A DNA stretch of 59,260 bases, counting the filler, from Catajapyx aquilonaris (lineage: Eukaryota), in assembly GCA_000934665.2 (NCBI GenBank). It is 3 parts of 3 records of this genome, joined end to end, with 100 filler letters (N's around TTAATTAATTAA, not from the genome) between each part and the next. Parts side by side here need not be neighbours in the genome. Positions count along the whole stretch, not along the records: positions 19,797 to 39,469 come from KZ539531.1; 2 more parts are not named here. One strand, written 5' to 3'. Made by a program: the position numbers and the translations under genes. Each line of letters opens with the position of its first letter. Position 1 is the first letter of the stretch. The notes under the pieces were generated by a model. It saw only the letters and a list, made by a program, of their open reading frames with translations, was not told the DNA's origin and did not search any database. Positions 27,101-39,469 of the stretch are shown here, piece by piece.

Positions 27101-29052
27101 CCTATTTTTTTATTCAGAAACTGTAACACATAGAACGATGACCTTTGCTGAGTTTTGAAGCCCCTGCGATTACAATTTGATCTGGTATATAGATGTCGTC
27201 CATATCACAAGGTGGACTGGGAAACAAAAGGGGATCATGACACCCCCCTACTGCACCATTGCCCTAAGACGGCCTGACCCTGACGGGTTTGGAGCTGTTG
27301 GATGCTGCATGCAGACAATCAGAGATGAACAACACAGGGGCCTGCTTTCGAGTGTGGGACAAGTCAGAGCACTATGACCGCAGCCATGTGCCATCCATTG
27401 CTACAAACAGTTTTTTTTAAACCATCCCCCTCAATGTGATCGAGTTCCAAGAAAGGGCAAAATGGTGGCATTTTGCACCTCAAAGAGATGGTGAGGAACC
27501 AGTGAGGATGCCAACTTCCTTTCAGTTTTGCAGAGTCCTAAGCATAGTGCTATAACTTGTCCCACACTCGAAATCAAGCTTCCATGTTGTCCATCTCCAA
27601 GTGTCCTGCATGCAGCGTCCAACAGCTCCAAGCGCGTCAGGCTCACACCGTCTTAGGGCAATGGTGTGGTGGGGGGTCACAATCCACTTTTGTTTCCTGG
27701 AACCCCTTGCGATATGGGCGACATCTACATACCAGATCAAATTGTAATCGCCGTGGCTTCAAAACTCAGCATAGGTCATCTCTGTATGTTTTAACGTTTT
27801 AGAATTTAAAAATAACCGCCATGACTTTTGAAAAACCCACATATTATTGGAGAGTAGTAAGCAATACCAGACTAATATACCCCCCCAAAAAAGGATTCTG
27901 CAAATTACCTTGTGCAGTACTAGTAATAAATTACAACACAAGTGCAGCTTTGACTCTTTTGACCTACTATAACCACTAAAACTCTTCTATTCTTGCCTGG
28001 AATAAATAAACGCATGCTCCCATGGCAGCTCTCCTGCTATCCTACTGAAAACTTACCAATGTGGTCAATGGCTCCTGCACAGAACTTTCCAAAAAACTTT
28101 TTGGCTCCAAGGGCACGAAGGTCGTGGATGACAAAGGGCCATAGATGTAAGACATTGTTGCGGGAGAAGCGGTCCCTCTTCTCCACAACAACAACTTTGG
28201 CACCTAAGAATTGAGCTTCAATAGCTGCTCGCAAGCCACATGGTCCTGCGCCAATAATCAGCACCTAAAGGGGATACGATATCCTTCATAAGTGCAATAA
28301 TGGCTTAAAAGACATGATAACTTTTTAATGTAGCACCATATTAAGGAAAATTTGTGCCTAAATAATGTTGTAGAACATTAAGGATAGCCTGTGATAGGCC
28401 TCCTTGGGCCTCTTAGAGGACCATCTTTTAATTGACCATCTTTATTCATTGCCTGTCATGTGATGGGTTTTGATAGTGGAAGGAAATGTGAGAACCCCTA
28501 GAAAACCCACGCAAACACGGAGAGTACCCATCAAAACTCTTTCCACATAAGTTTCCTCTGTCCGACCCGGGGATCGAACTTGGGACCTCAGAGGTGGCAG
28601 GCTGTGGCACTAACCACTACGCCATCAGTGCAATTTCCCCAAACCACATACTCATGCAACTCGGGCAAAGTAACACTGCATATCAATTCCTTACGTCTTG
28701 ACTCCCAAATGGGTCCTAAGTTGGACCATTGCTAGGAATGTAAGATCCGAGTCTCTCTATTTGTAATACCTGTAACTGGGAGGCATGGTGGTCTAGTGGT
28801 TACGCCACTGGCCAGGCAAGCAGGAGGCCGGGGTTTAAATCCCGTCCCCGTCACCTCTGCTTGGCCGGGTCTTTTTCCGCTTTTCACCCGACATGCCGGG
28901 GCAGAATTGCACTCCCTACTCTGCCCAGGGCCAGGAGAAAAGGTCTGGTGTATTTCACAAAGTCAGAAGTGACTAAAGTTACAGCGCCCTCCCTTGGGAA
29001 CCTCCCCTTCCCCTCTAAGAGGGCTCCGCCCTATCACAGGGTACTTTTTTTA

Positions 29053-29116
<64 letters not shown>

Positions 29117-32100
29117 GGCCTAATAATACCTGTAACTGCTAACTACATGCACAAACAGGAGTCTGGATAATTTTATGCTAATGAATGAAGGGGGCTCATA
29201 TATTGCTCAATTTGCTGCACTTTAACTCATTGCTATTTCCCACATTCATGAAGATGCCTTAATGGTCTTTGCGCATAAAACATGTCACTCATATTTTTGG
29301 ATGGTAAATGCTATGTGGCAAAAATTGTTTCCACATCAGTGGTTATGGCAACTAGCCAAAGATGTGAACCCTTCTGTTACAGGAAGGGAAATGCCTCATC
29401 AGCTCGTTCCCAGGATCTTCCCACAAGAAGTTAACAAGGTGAAAATCTCTCCAGTCTCATGATTCATAAACCACTGTGGTACTTGCCCACTATTGTTACC
29501 AGACACAATTGTCATACAAAGAACTGCACAACTAGGTCCATAAGATATTGAAATGGTGACAATACACTGTTTATAAATGATAAACTTTTGTCAGGTCCCA
29601 CAAATATTTCAGTGTCTTATTTGCGCTGTCCCATTATCCAGGTATCCTTCTTAGTCAACTAGGGGAATCTGATATGGTTCAAAAACAACCAACACCCACA
29701 ATTTCACCTTGAAGTGATACAATATCTTTCATTCAGAGACTCATCAAGGTCACAGATGACAGAGACTGGATCACTAAGCAACCATGCTTTACTCAGCCAC
29801 TTAGAGCATCCTTGGCAGTAGCAAACAGAAGTCCTCCACATGATCCTTATAAGGTTCCAACAACTTGACATGCATGGTAGCACTGATCGACCAATAACTA
29901 CAACACATGTGGTGTCACAAGGGTACATACCCTCGAGTTGGAACAGGACTTCCCTCGGTTGTAACACTTGTGGCTAGCTCGTTTGTCAAACTTGGACCAC
30001 AGGGCTTGAGCCTTCCATGACTTCAACTTGGCCTGTAAAGTGAAAATTAATGATTACAGCGTGCCATCCGAAACATTTTGGTATATATGTCATACTCAGA
30101 TCTATAAATACTGCGAAACAATACATTGCATAATGCTTCTTCATCATAGGTTTAGTGATGAGTGGAAAAGAGAGTAACTTCGAATGATTACAAAACCAAT
30201 CCTTTGAAACCCCAGAAAAGAAACATGGACAAATAGCATAATTATGAATATGGAATTTCAACTTCATATAAATGCCTACTGAACTTTGTGAATCATGTGA
30301 GATGTGCAGACAAGCTGAATAATCAGACCAATTCCCTGTCAGTGATTTTTAGTGATAGTAACTGAGGCCCTCATCAAGGCGTCCATACATTGTTGAGTGG
30401 TGAAAGTCAGTATCTGAAATTCATGAATTTGCAATTTTTTAAACTTGGAAGTGGCCCCAGGAGAATATTGGAAGGCACAGAAACTTCTCGTTCAATTTTT
30501 TAAAGCAATGTAATGGGTAGATTGCGCCCAAATTTTTGAGCTGCATATTTGTGAGCTAACACTGTCATTTAATTAAACTGATGGGTTCACATTCATGTGG
30601 GCCCATTGCAGATATCCTCCTAGAAGGATTGCCACATTGTTCAACCAGCATTTCCCAATCATCAATATCATTAAATATCAGTTTTGGTGAATAATATGCA
30701 ACACTAAAAATTGGGAATGACCTCCCATTGCTCTAAAATTGCAAGCACATATTCCGGCATCTTTCAATCTCCTTCTGGGGCCATATCAACATAGAAAAGA
30801 TTGCAATTCGCAAATTTCACACCCTAATTTTTACAACTAAGAAAACACATAGGAAGCAACTGTTTTTAACAACTGCATTAACAACACATTATTAGGAAAG
30901 AATTTGCATGCACTGAGTGAAAAATTAGACATTTCATTTTCCACAGTATGTCCAACTTAATTATCTGCATTAGTTAGACATTTTTGCATAAGGAGCAGCT
31001 TGTTACTTACAAGTTCCTTTCTAACAGTTACTCTTAGGTGTTACCAACAATATATGCTGTGGACCATAAGTTGTTCTAAGCCGGGAATTGCAGTATATTT
31101 TCCTAATTATTCCAATCGGAAGAGCTCATGTGGAACCATTAATATCCCAGGTCAGTGGCTGAACCCTTTTTTTTTGCAGGCTAGACCCTCCCATAGCAGT
31201 TAAAAAGTATGCTCCATCCAAAGCCTAAATAACTAACTTTTCATCCCCAGACCTATTGAAAAAACAACTCTTTCATATTTTATTTATTTATTTATTTATT
31301 TGCTACCCCGTGCTGGATCCATTGACTCCCTTAGGGGGGTGGAATACCACCATTTTTCCTTACGAATATTCTCTCGCATTTTTCTCTCCGGTGCAGGGAT
31401 CAGGATAGGGATTTGTGAGGAGGGGACACTGGTGCAAGTGCGTTGTCTTTAGGTTGGGGGTCATGTGCAGTCCCCCATGGGGTGAGGTTGCAAGACAACC
31501 CCTTAGGTGCGGGTCAGAAAACCCCCACCAACACCGCACCACCCCATGGATGGGGCAAGGATAGGAAAGGAAGGGGGTGGCTGTGGCCTATTATTTACGG
31601 AAGCAACCCTGGAATTTTCCTGGAAGGACCCTGGGAAACCACAGAAAACCACGGTCAGAATCGCCGGCCCCGGGACTCAAACCAAGACCTCCCGATTAGC
31701 AGTTGGATGTCTTATCCACTCCACCAACCTGCTTCAGTCAACTCTTTCATTTCCTAATTACACTTACATACAAGAACATAGAAAGGAAATTATGTCCCAA
31801 TGCTGGCCTAACACATTACTTGATGAAAGTTGTGAATAATCCATGCTCTATTTGCGCATCAAATGACCCAAGGCAAAAAATGTGGTGCTCCCCGCTTCAA
31901 GTGATTGAGAAAACTGCCCTAAATGGTTGAGCAGCAAGGTGTGAGTGACAGTAGCAGCTTAGCCAAGTAGGAAGTCAAAATAAAAATTTTCCTCCTCATT
32001 TTACACACCAAAAGAGAAAACCATCGTCGTCTGCTAATGCATGACCTTCTCTTGTAATGCTCCAAAAACTGGGCTTCCTATACCACCTCAACACCTCCCT

Positions 32101-33509
32101 TGGCCCATTTCCAAAGTCACAGAACCACAAACTGTACATAGCCTTTTGCATGTGCTCCATTCCCACCCTTATTTTTAGGCAGTGTCTGCCATCATGAACA
32201 AATGTACTGCTCACAATGATATATGACAAGGTCGATGACCAAGAGGCATTGGCCAGCCTGTCCATGGAGGAACACTGCCAAACAGTTCAACACTGCGGTG
32301 TGTGTAAAAAACTTCTGATATTGGAAAGTGTACTAATTACATTTCAATCACCTCTGGTACAGTATCTTTTTCAACATTACAGAAAAAAATGCAGAACAAA
32401 AACTGGAAAAGTGCTCCTTTCAATTTTTTTCCTGCCTTTGTGAAGCAGGTCATACTTTCATATGTTGGAATCTACCTTGCAATAAGTGATAACATATTAG
32501 CATGCACGATTATCCCATAACTGATAAAATGTGGTGGTCAACAGTTGTTGCAGTTGACTGCTCGCAAAAAGAATACAACAACTGTACGGGTCTGCTTATA
32601 AGGCACACCATGCAATAATGCTCACACCATGTGTCGCACTGTTTTGAATTCTTGGTGCAATTTTCAGGCACACTGCAAGGTTTGTCACAACGCAACCTTC
32701 TGAGCTTTGGCACACTCTCAATGCCAGATCCCCAAATACATGAGCAACTGCAGTGTCGTTCTCATTAATCATTTGGCTAGGTTATACGGTACTACTGCAA
32801 TTCTGACATTCCTGAGTTACAAATGCAGTGACAGAGTCATGTTTTCCAACCAGGCAATTCACAGTTTCATGAGCCCCTCCCCAGCACTTAGGACCCAGGC
32901 ATGCATATCTATATTTGGATGCTTGGCAAAGCTACACCATCACCTGCCTCCTACCCTTACGTAATTAGTTTCATATGATGTATCACTTTCAATTTACAGC
33001 ATGCTTTCCACTCATGCACATCTACATCTGTCATGTTTATTTGAATGAAACAATTCAAATTCCTGTAAAGCACTCAAAACTATTATCAGCCATCACTCAA
33101 TTATCACTTGAAATTACAGTTACAATATTTCTGACACAACAAAATACAAACTCTGCTCACTCACAGAGCTGCTGCTGCTTATAAACTCTCAAAGTGCTCA
33201 AGACAGTAAATTCTAAACAGTGCAAGAGAAACATTACTACATTCCTTTCCACCTAGTGACTACCAAAATGAAGGAAGCCACTGAAGTGGGACCTAAAATG
33301 TAACACTTCTGACTTGACAAAAACTCTCTTACCTTGAGCTTTGGATAGAAGATGGGGAAATTGGTGGGTGTCATCCGGATGACATCAGTCAGCTGGCGGT
33401 ATGTTGCAAGGATGGACTTGAAGGTGACCGCGGTGCTGAACTGGTCAAAGAGGTCGGAAGCCAAGGCACTCTCCGGCGAGTGGAGATGTGCCTTGCCTGC
33501 CACAGCCAT
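20863..33509 (-). CDS. Mical: MICAL (molecule interacting with CasL) F-actin monooxygenase, 5' part only: 7 coding exons, 406 codons
   Basis: Manually spliced exons 33333-33509, 29931-30032, 28057-28264, 26663-26776, 26495-26596, 21922-22178 and 20863-21120. All have GT/AG boundaries and compatible phases. The translation contains [30 protein letters not shown], the Rossmann motif [73 protein letters not shown] and FDFTSM...LVGDSLLE, which are MICAL monooxygenase motifs. Confidence 0.96.
21330..21523 (-). mobile_element. tRNA-derived SINE, family C, with V-domain-like core
   Basis: Head gtggtgtagtgg...gagttcgatccc, then gttctcaccgtgtttgcatgggttttctcagggttctcccctttcctcccac. Confidence 0.8.
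21922..22178 (-). CDS. Mical: MICAL coding exon 6
   Basis: [44 protein letters not shown]...[34 protein letters not shown]. Confidence 0.95.
22860..23149 (-). mobile_element. tRNA-derived SINE, family A, adjacent to the tail of a family C SINE
   Basis: Reverse complement of the family A head and body; AAT/TTA microsatellites on both sides. Confidence 0.85.
23170..23420 (-). mobile_element. tRNA-derived SINE, family C (V-domain-like)
   Basis: Homologous to 21330-21523 and 28395-28631; tail ...cgtggggta followed by (AAT)n. Confidence 0.82.
24164..24541. mobile_element. hAT-like MITE
   Basis: caggggtgagcaacct and aggttgccaatccctg ends; 8-bp TSD ctatacag/ctatacat. Confidence 0.8.
24786..25464. 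mobile_element. TIR element with 4-bp ATTT TSD and an internal palindrome of about 175 bp
   Basis: gaatgacccagaatggaaagg.cataagtcca and tggacttatg.cctttccattctgggtcattc; attt on both sides. Confidence 0.75.
26495..26596 (-). CDS. Mical: MICAL coding exon 5
   Basis: [34 protein letters not shown], containing the DG motif of flavoprotein monooxygenases. Confidence 0.93.
26663..26776 (-). CDS. Mical: MICAL coding exon 4
   Basis: [39 protein letters not shown] and GTAAGT boundaries. Confidence 0.93.
27137..27780. mobile_element. Foldback element with imperfect arms of about 235 bp
   Basis: 27137-27375 is the reverse complement of about 27545-27780. This explains the near-identical ORFs 27177+ and 27740-. 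Confidence 0.8.
28057..28264 (-). CDS. Mical: MICAL coding exon 3 (GxGxxG FAD-binding motif)
   Basis: [44 protein letters not shown]...[10 protein letters not shown] and GTAAGT boundaries. Confidence 0.96.
28395..28631 (-). mobile_element. tRNA-derived SINE, family C (V-domain-like)
   Basis: Homologous to 23170-23420 over its whole length. Confidence 0.8.
28778..29123 (+). mobile_element. tRNA-derived SINE, family D
   Basis: Head tggtctagtgg / ggtttaaatcc, a distinct body, (AAT)n tail, and a 14-bp TSD taatacctgtaact (28764-28777 and 29124-29137). Confidence 0.85.
29931..30032 (-). CDS. Mical: MICAL coding exon 2 ([34 protein letters not shown])
   Basis: Not in the ORF track; read by hand. 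Boundaries ctttacAG and GTATGT, phase 0/0. Confidence 0.93.
31277..31738 (-). mobile_element. tRNA-derived SINE, family A, full length
   Basis: Reverse complement of the 1714 copy; 12-bp TSD caactctttcat. Confidence 0.88.
33333..33509 (-). CDS. Mical: MICAL coding exon 1 (MAVAGK...FYPKLK)
   Basis: ATG at 33509. Upstream acceptor ttttcAG at 33549-33550; donor GTAAG at 33332. Confidence 0.9.
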
Positions 33510-34140
33510 TTTTGTTTTTCTCTTCTATCACACTCTACAATGTAGATCCTGAAAACAAATTAACAAATTGACTGAGTACAAACTGGTGGTTAAATAATTT
33601 GCAATGATAAACTACAATAATTTTTCCCACACAACCCGCCTGATATAAATATTTACCAAAGATTACTGTGTGACAAACCACAAAATTACACAACAATAAT
33701 TCATATCATATCCTTCCTCATAGCCTGTTATATTTAGCACCTATTATTTCCATTATTATAAACTAAATCTAGATAAGAGCTCCAATCTACAAACATCCAA
33801 AGATTTTCATGATGGACAACCAACTCTATTTTTACAGCCGCATTAACTGCAGGACAGGGGGGAAAGACCTTGCCCTCCTCCAAGCATGCACTAAAAAAAC
33901 AGGTCGACCGTCGTGTGCACACGCAAAAATACTCCGTCGGAGGTCGGAAAACAGCAGTCGACCACTACATTACCCGCATGTCAACACTTCTCAAGTAGCC
34001 TGCCCCCACAAGTCCTTTTAAACAGCGGCTCCCCCTAGCATAATTGATCCGGCCTGACAACAATCAAGATCCTGATCGGAACAGCGTGTCGACACTCCCG
34101 CTCGAGCTCCCGTCATTTCGGGACCAGGTTGTGGTCTCAC

Positions 34141-34330
34141 CTTATCTTTTTTGACGCCACGTGAATCAGGCGACACGTCACGTAGCATTTCGTCAACTTT
34201 GTGTCCAAAAAAAAGTCGCGCTCCCCCGGCGCGGCGGTCTCGTGTCCTTTTGCCAAATTATTCGCTCCGCCTGGAGGAACTTTTTTAACTGTGGTTATAA
34301 CTGTTTCGGGACTCAAAATGCCGAGAGTTA
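34141..34330 (-). promoter_or_regulatory. Probable non-coding first exon and CpG-rich promoter region of MICAL
   Basis: Minus-strand donor AAG|GTGAG at 34140 in a locally CpG-rich stretch about 600 bp upstream of the acceptor before the ATG exon. The 5' boundary is approximate. Confidence 0.45.
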
Positions 34331-36443
34331 GCATTCAGGACAATGTGTCGGTCCGTCATGAATCCAAACGAGCAATTAGCGCAATGGCTCAAATCAGACC
34401 ACAGGCAGAATTTCAATTTTGCATTCTCCAAGACAGTTTGCTTGATCCAATTTGCATATATTGTACCGGACGGAAATGAGGCACAAAACGTCGACTACAA
34501 CTTACATCACTAGATGCGCAACACCCTGGAATTCTGTAAACACTATGCCCACTTCCAACTTCGCCATTTAAAAAAATAAAAATATTTTGCACAATATTTC
34601 AAGCCCCTGAAAATGCGCACATTTAAATGACCACTCAGGATATTTTTAAAGGGTATTCCCAGAAAAGGGCTCTGGCCCCGTGTCAGAGGCTGGGGGGGGG
34701 GNNNNNNNNNNGGGGGGGAGGCTATAATCGGCGCTCTTCTCATGAGTTGCTTGAGCCTGACGAGGCAGTGCGTCAAGACAACACGTGAGTTGCCACACTT
34801 CAAGGTGAGCTCATCGGTTCTGCACTTTTTACTCGTTACGTGCGGCCATCAGTACGGCTTCCGCAACTTATGAGCCCCAATCTTCACCTGGCAGGAAAAT
34901 TTCAACCTTGACCTTGCAACTTCTTCCTGCATTCATTTATTACGTGCACCGCGATTTGCTTTTACGATGTTTCCCAGCCGCCTAAATGCCGCCGTAAACT
35001 CTCGGCGGAGGTGTAAATGCTCCCGCGAAAACCAGCTGCTATATTTTCATTGCGCAAAATGAAATTATTGTCACGCTCGTACGCGGAACACTAATCGTAA
35101 ACCACTTTCCGGCCCATTCCACGTGAAACTCTTGACAGCTACTTACAAAATTGCAGTGATGTACTTTGTACGGACCGTAATACCAACGTACACCAACCTG
35201 CCCCGCCCCAAATCATTATTCCTCTCCTTGGCATATGCTCAAATGGGTTTCCTTTCAGGTGCAGTGGAGCGTCCCACTTATTTTTTTCTCTCCCTTTCTA
35301 CTCAGCGCCTCTTCCTCGTGAATGAGAAGTGGCGTAGCCACTACTCTTCCCGTTCTCCCTCATTGCTATTCATCCCCGCGTCACTCTGACCCCCTTTCCA
35401 CAGCTGACCCACAGCCTCCGGTGATCGCTGTCACACCGACATCCCAGGTGGTATTGAACCTGAGAGGTCAAGGTCCCCTCAGGCCCCCTAAAATCCGCCA
35501 AATTGGTGCTGGAAAAACAGCTTCTCCAGGTGCAACACAGGTGCAGCCGAGTGAAAGGAGTTTCGACTAAGAAAAATGCAGGCCCCTTTTGTCTGATGCT
35601 ATCAAGTGTTAAGTGGATGGGGTGCTTATACCACATGCATGGCTGCTCTCCACCAATGCAGCCAACATGTGTCACAGCCTCCCTCTAAGAATCCAAATCA
35701 AAAAAATGGGCCAGGGAATGACTCACCCAATGGTAATCGATGGGGCGGTCCCAGCAGTATATGGCATCTAGGAATCAGGCCACAAAGCCCACAGCTTTGG
35801 GTCATGAACCCTTCGTTTTCTGACTTGTTGTGCGAATCCCCAGCCATGACTGTGCGCCGTCCTGTTCAGCCCACTTACGGCTCAAAAAACCAACTGTAAT
35901 TGGCCTCTCTTTTTTTTCCTTCCTAAGCATACGGCATGTGCAACGTGCAATTTCGTAAATCCTATTGCATTGCCTCTCTGTAGTTGTGGCATCGAAAAGG
36001 AAACCCTTGCCAAAAAATTCTAAACTTGGTTTACGTTGGCCGAGGTAGTGTAACTCATGAGCACACACGCCATTCCACCTACTCAATAGACCCAAAATTA
36101 CTTGCAAAGAAGCCCAGACCAGTGTGGAGAAAGGTTATTGGCAGCACACAAAATGAGGTCGCCATTGCTGTTTGATTGCACAGGGAAGTTTGTGGATCCT
36201 TCATAACAGATTAGATAGGATACACTATCTTGTTATGCTCCCCCCACCCCCCTCAACCTGGTACAGTACTGTACAATCGAAACCGTTTTTCGACGCAATT
36301 AAAGTTTCAGGTGTGGGCTTTCAATTAATTTTTGTTCACCCAGAGTGATGACCCCTTCCCCTAAAACACTCGTAATGCGATACTCAGCCTTGATATTTCC
36401 CGCCTTCAGGTACTCTTGCCAAGGGGAAGATTCCTACTCACAA

Positions 36444-36478
<35 letters not shown>

Positions 36479-38003
36479 CAAGTTGCAGTGGCTACTCCTG
36501 CGAATTGACCTTGTCAGGAATAAGTATATACATGCTGCTTCAGTGAGCCAATACTGCTTATGGTGCCTGGTGATTATACTCAATGTGACAAGTTGAGTGA
36601 TATCACTGGTAGCTTTTCACTGATAACTACTCAATGGCAGGTACAGTACTATACAATTCAAATGACACGTGCACTACAATGAGTGTGCACCCAGTCATGC
36701 TGCACTGTAAACACAAATCATTATGCATGATGCAACTTGTTATGTGATGCATACAACACCCATAGCTTGCTGATTGGCATGCAATTGAAAGCATCTGTAG
36801 CTGATCTTGAGTGTGCCTGTGAGTAAGCACCACACATACCGAGAACTGGCAATAATACCTACCCCGCACATAGTACCGTAAGAAATACAAATCCTAACCT
36901 AACTTCTCATCCGCATCACAAGTACTTACATTACCAGTCAAGTTTCTAACATTCTGAGGGCATGAAGTTCAAGAGTAAACGCTTAAGAATTTTTATGAGA
37001 CACTAGTTCTGGTTCTTGCAAAGGATGCAGGACCATTCACAAAATCACACCCACACACATGCCTCCTCAATGCTGGTAACAAGTTCAATTTTGGCAAGGA
37101 GTGTGTTTGTATAATTAATGTATGGTAATCTCGCATGGAACACACCAATGCACACTCCAAACTAAATTCTCGGATGATGAATGCACACTGGATTGGACCA
37201 TATTTAACAGTTGACATCAAAGTCTATATAAACCCATAATTCATAGCAACACAGCTCTATGCTGATCACTTTTTCAACTTCGAGAGAATGCAAATCTGTC
37301 AGCAGTAGTTTTAATATGGAATGATAAAACTATTTTGATTATACGTCAACTATATTTATTATAAGTTACTTATGGTGGTTCTCAAAAGTATTAGCTGCTG
37401 ATATTTGAATGAGTTATGTATCCAAGCTCTGAAGTGCAATGAATGTCCAGTACGAAAAGACACAATGGAACAATTGGCATCAGACATTAATAACAACTGA
37501 ACAGTGTCCCTTTCAGGCTTGAAATCTAATACTTGCAGATAATGCTTTCAATAACCACTAAAAATAACTGGAAAAGTGCTTAAAAATAAGTAGTTTGGTT
37601 CCAAAAAATTGCTAACCACTACAAACATTCAACACTGTGCATTACACTAGACTACACCATACAAGTATGTCACTGAAAAGCACATACACCACACAACGAA
37701 TGTGTACTAATTAGGTTGCACATATATCAAAACAAACAAGTAGAAAACCTGTGACAGCTATAAACCAGCAGATATTTCCCACTAATTAGCACGCAGTCAA
37801 GATATTTATTCCCACTATGTGTTCAGTATACAAACGTTAATATATAAGCATGTCCATATGCAGGCCCTAAAATTAAATTGTAAATATTTGAAACTACTGT
37901 AATTCAAGTGGTTTAGTCTACCTTTAGCCATTTATGCGAATAACAGTGCATTCCATGATCATGTTTGTCTATTTCATTTAGAATTCCAAATGTGTACATA
38001 GGC

Positions 38004-38199
38004 ACGCAAAAAGAATGTCCGGGGAGAGTCTTCGTTCAGCCTGGTGGAGGCAAACCATTGCACCTGGGTAGCTAAGGGAGGAGGGAAAAAGCTCAGCAGA
38101 TAAGCACGGACGTACACACAAGTGTGTGTGTACACATCTGGTCAATGGTTTGCCTCCACCAGGCTGAACGAAGACTCTCCCCGGACATTCTTTTTGCGT
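38004..38199. mobile_element. Small MITE or hairpin with 56-bp perfect arms
   Basis: acgcaaaaagaatgtccggggagagtcttcgttcagcctggtggaggcaaaccattg and its exact reverse complement. Confidence 0.8.
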
Positions 38200-39469
38200 C
38201 CGATAGTACTCCTCACCTCAACATATTGCACATTTATTTCATTTGTTGCTTCTTCATTTTCACAATACACATTCTGCTCCTTGCTCCTGAACCTGCTGCA
38301 ATGCATGCATAAACTCACAAGACTTGGACTGCTCAGAATCTCAAGCCTGTCAACTTGACACCAATTTTACATTGCAATTCAGTCATCATTCCTACTATGC
38401 CCTGGCCCACCTCTGGCCTATTGCTATAAGCCTGCACATGCTACTAATATGTGGCTGGGTATTTTAACTTGAGGTTTCTGATTGGCACTCATCGAAAACT
38501 TAGGTCAAATTCATTCTGTCCTAACTCTGCTGAGAGGATGCATGAACAACAGGGAGCTCTGCTGCATACTATTAATAGGTCCTTTCATTGAGTTAGATTT
38601 AGTTATATTTTGTAGTACGGTAATTTTCCTATTTTGGGTGTCGAGTAAATAAGACTGGTAAGTGATGTTCTATGACATCGACATGATTCCAGCTGCTTTC
38701 CAACATACGTATCTCCTACATAAGCTTCAACACTTTGCATGAAACAATTAAGCTATCATAGTGGTCTTCTCCACACTAGGTCCAGCTGATGAGTTTTACA
38801 GGATGACCCTACAGTTGTAACTGCGAAATTATGCCAGGTAATTTTGACCTCACAACAAAAGTATCAGTGTGGCTGACTTCTTCAAGAACTGCAGTCATCA
38901 ATATGCAATAGCCACACAGTTCTTTTCAGAGTGATTTTCCAGGCTCCTGCTCATGAAACATGGTTATAAATGGACAACCATATCCACACCATTTTTTACA
39001 TCAGAATCTCCTCAATCACATGTATTATGGAATGGGCAATGTAACAAACAAGAACGTCACTCAAGTCTTGGGTTAGATTCCAGCTGCCGGCTAGCCTTAC
39101 CGAAGTTTTCGCTTTTTTTACTTGGTCAATGCCTGAGAAGTGTTGTGCAGTTCACGAAAACACGTACAACCCTCCCCCCACCTACACTACACCTCAATCC
39201 TTAATTTCCCAAGAAAATTGCTTAATTTTATTAACCCTGGAACAGTGACGTGCCTGAAAGTTACGGCAACAGTGATGTGGGGTCAGCCCACGGACACTTA
39301 TACTACGTTCTGGCGTTATCAGCTGCCGAGGAATTACGCACCGGGTGGCCACTTGAGATCGCTACGAGACATTTCCCAAGGCTATCATGTGGCGACCCTA
39401 CCGGACTAAGGCTGAACTTTACAGGTACGAAGGGGAGGGCTACATTGGGGGGCCCAACATGGCCGCTGG

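Noticed and set aside
27177..27740. Two similar ORFs (MIWYxDVxHI...) on opposite strands, suggesting a gene pair
   Set aside because: They are the two arms of a non-coding foldback element.
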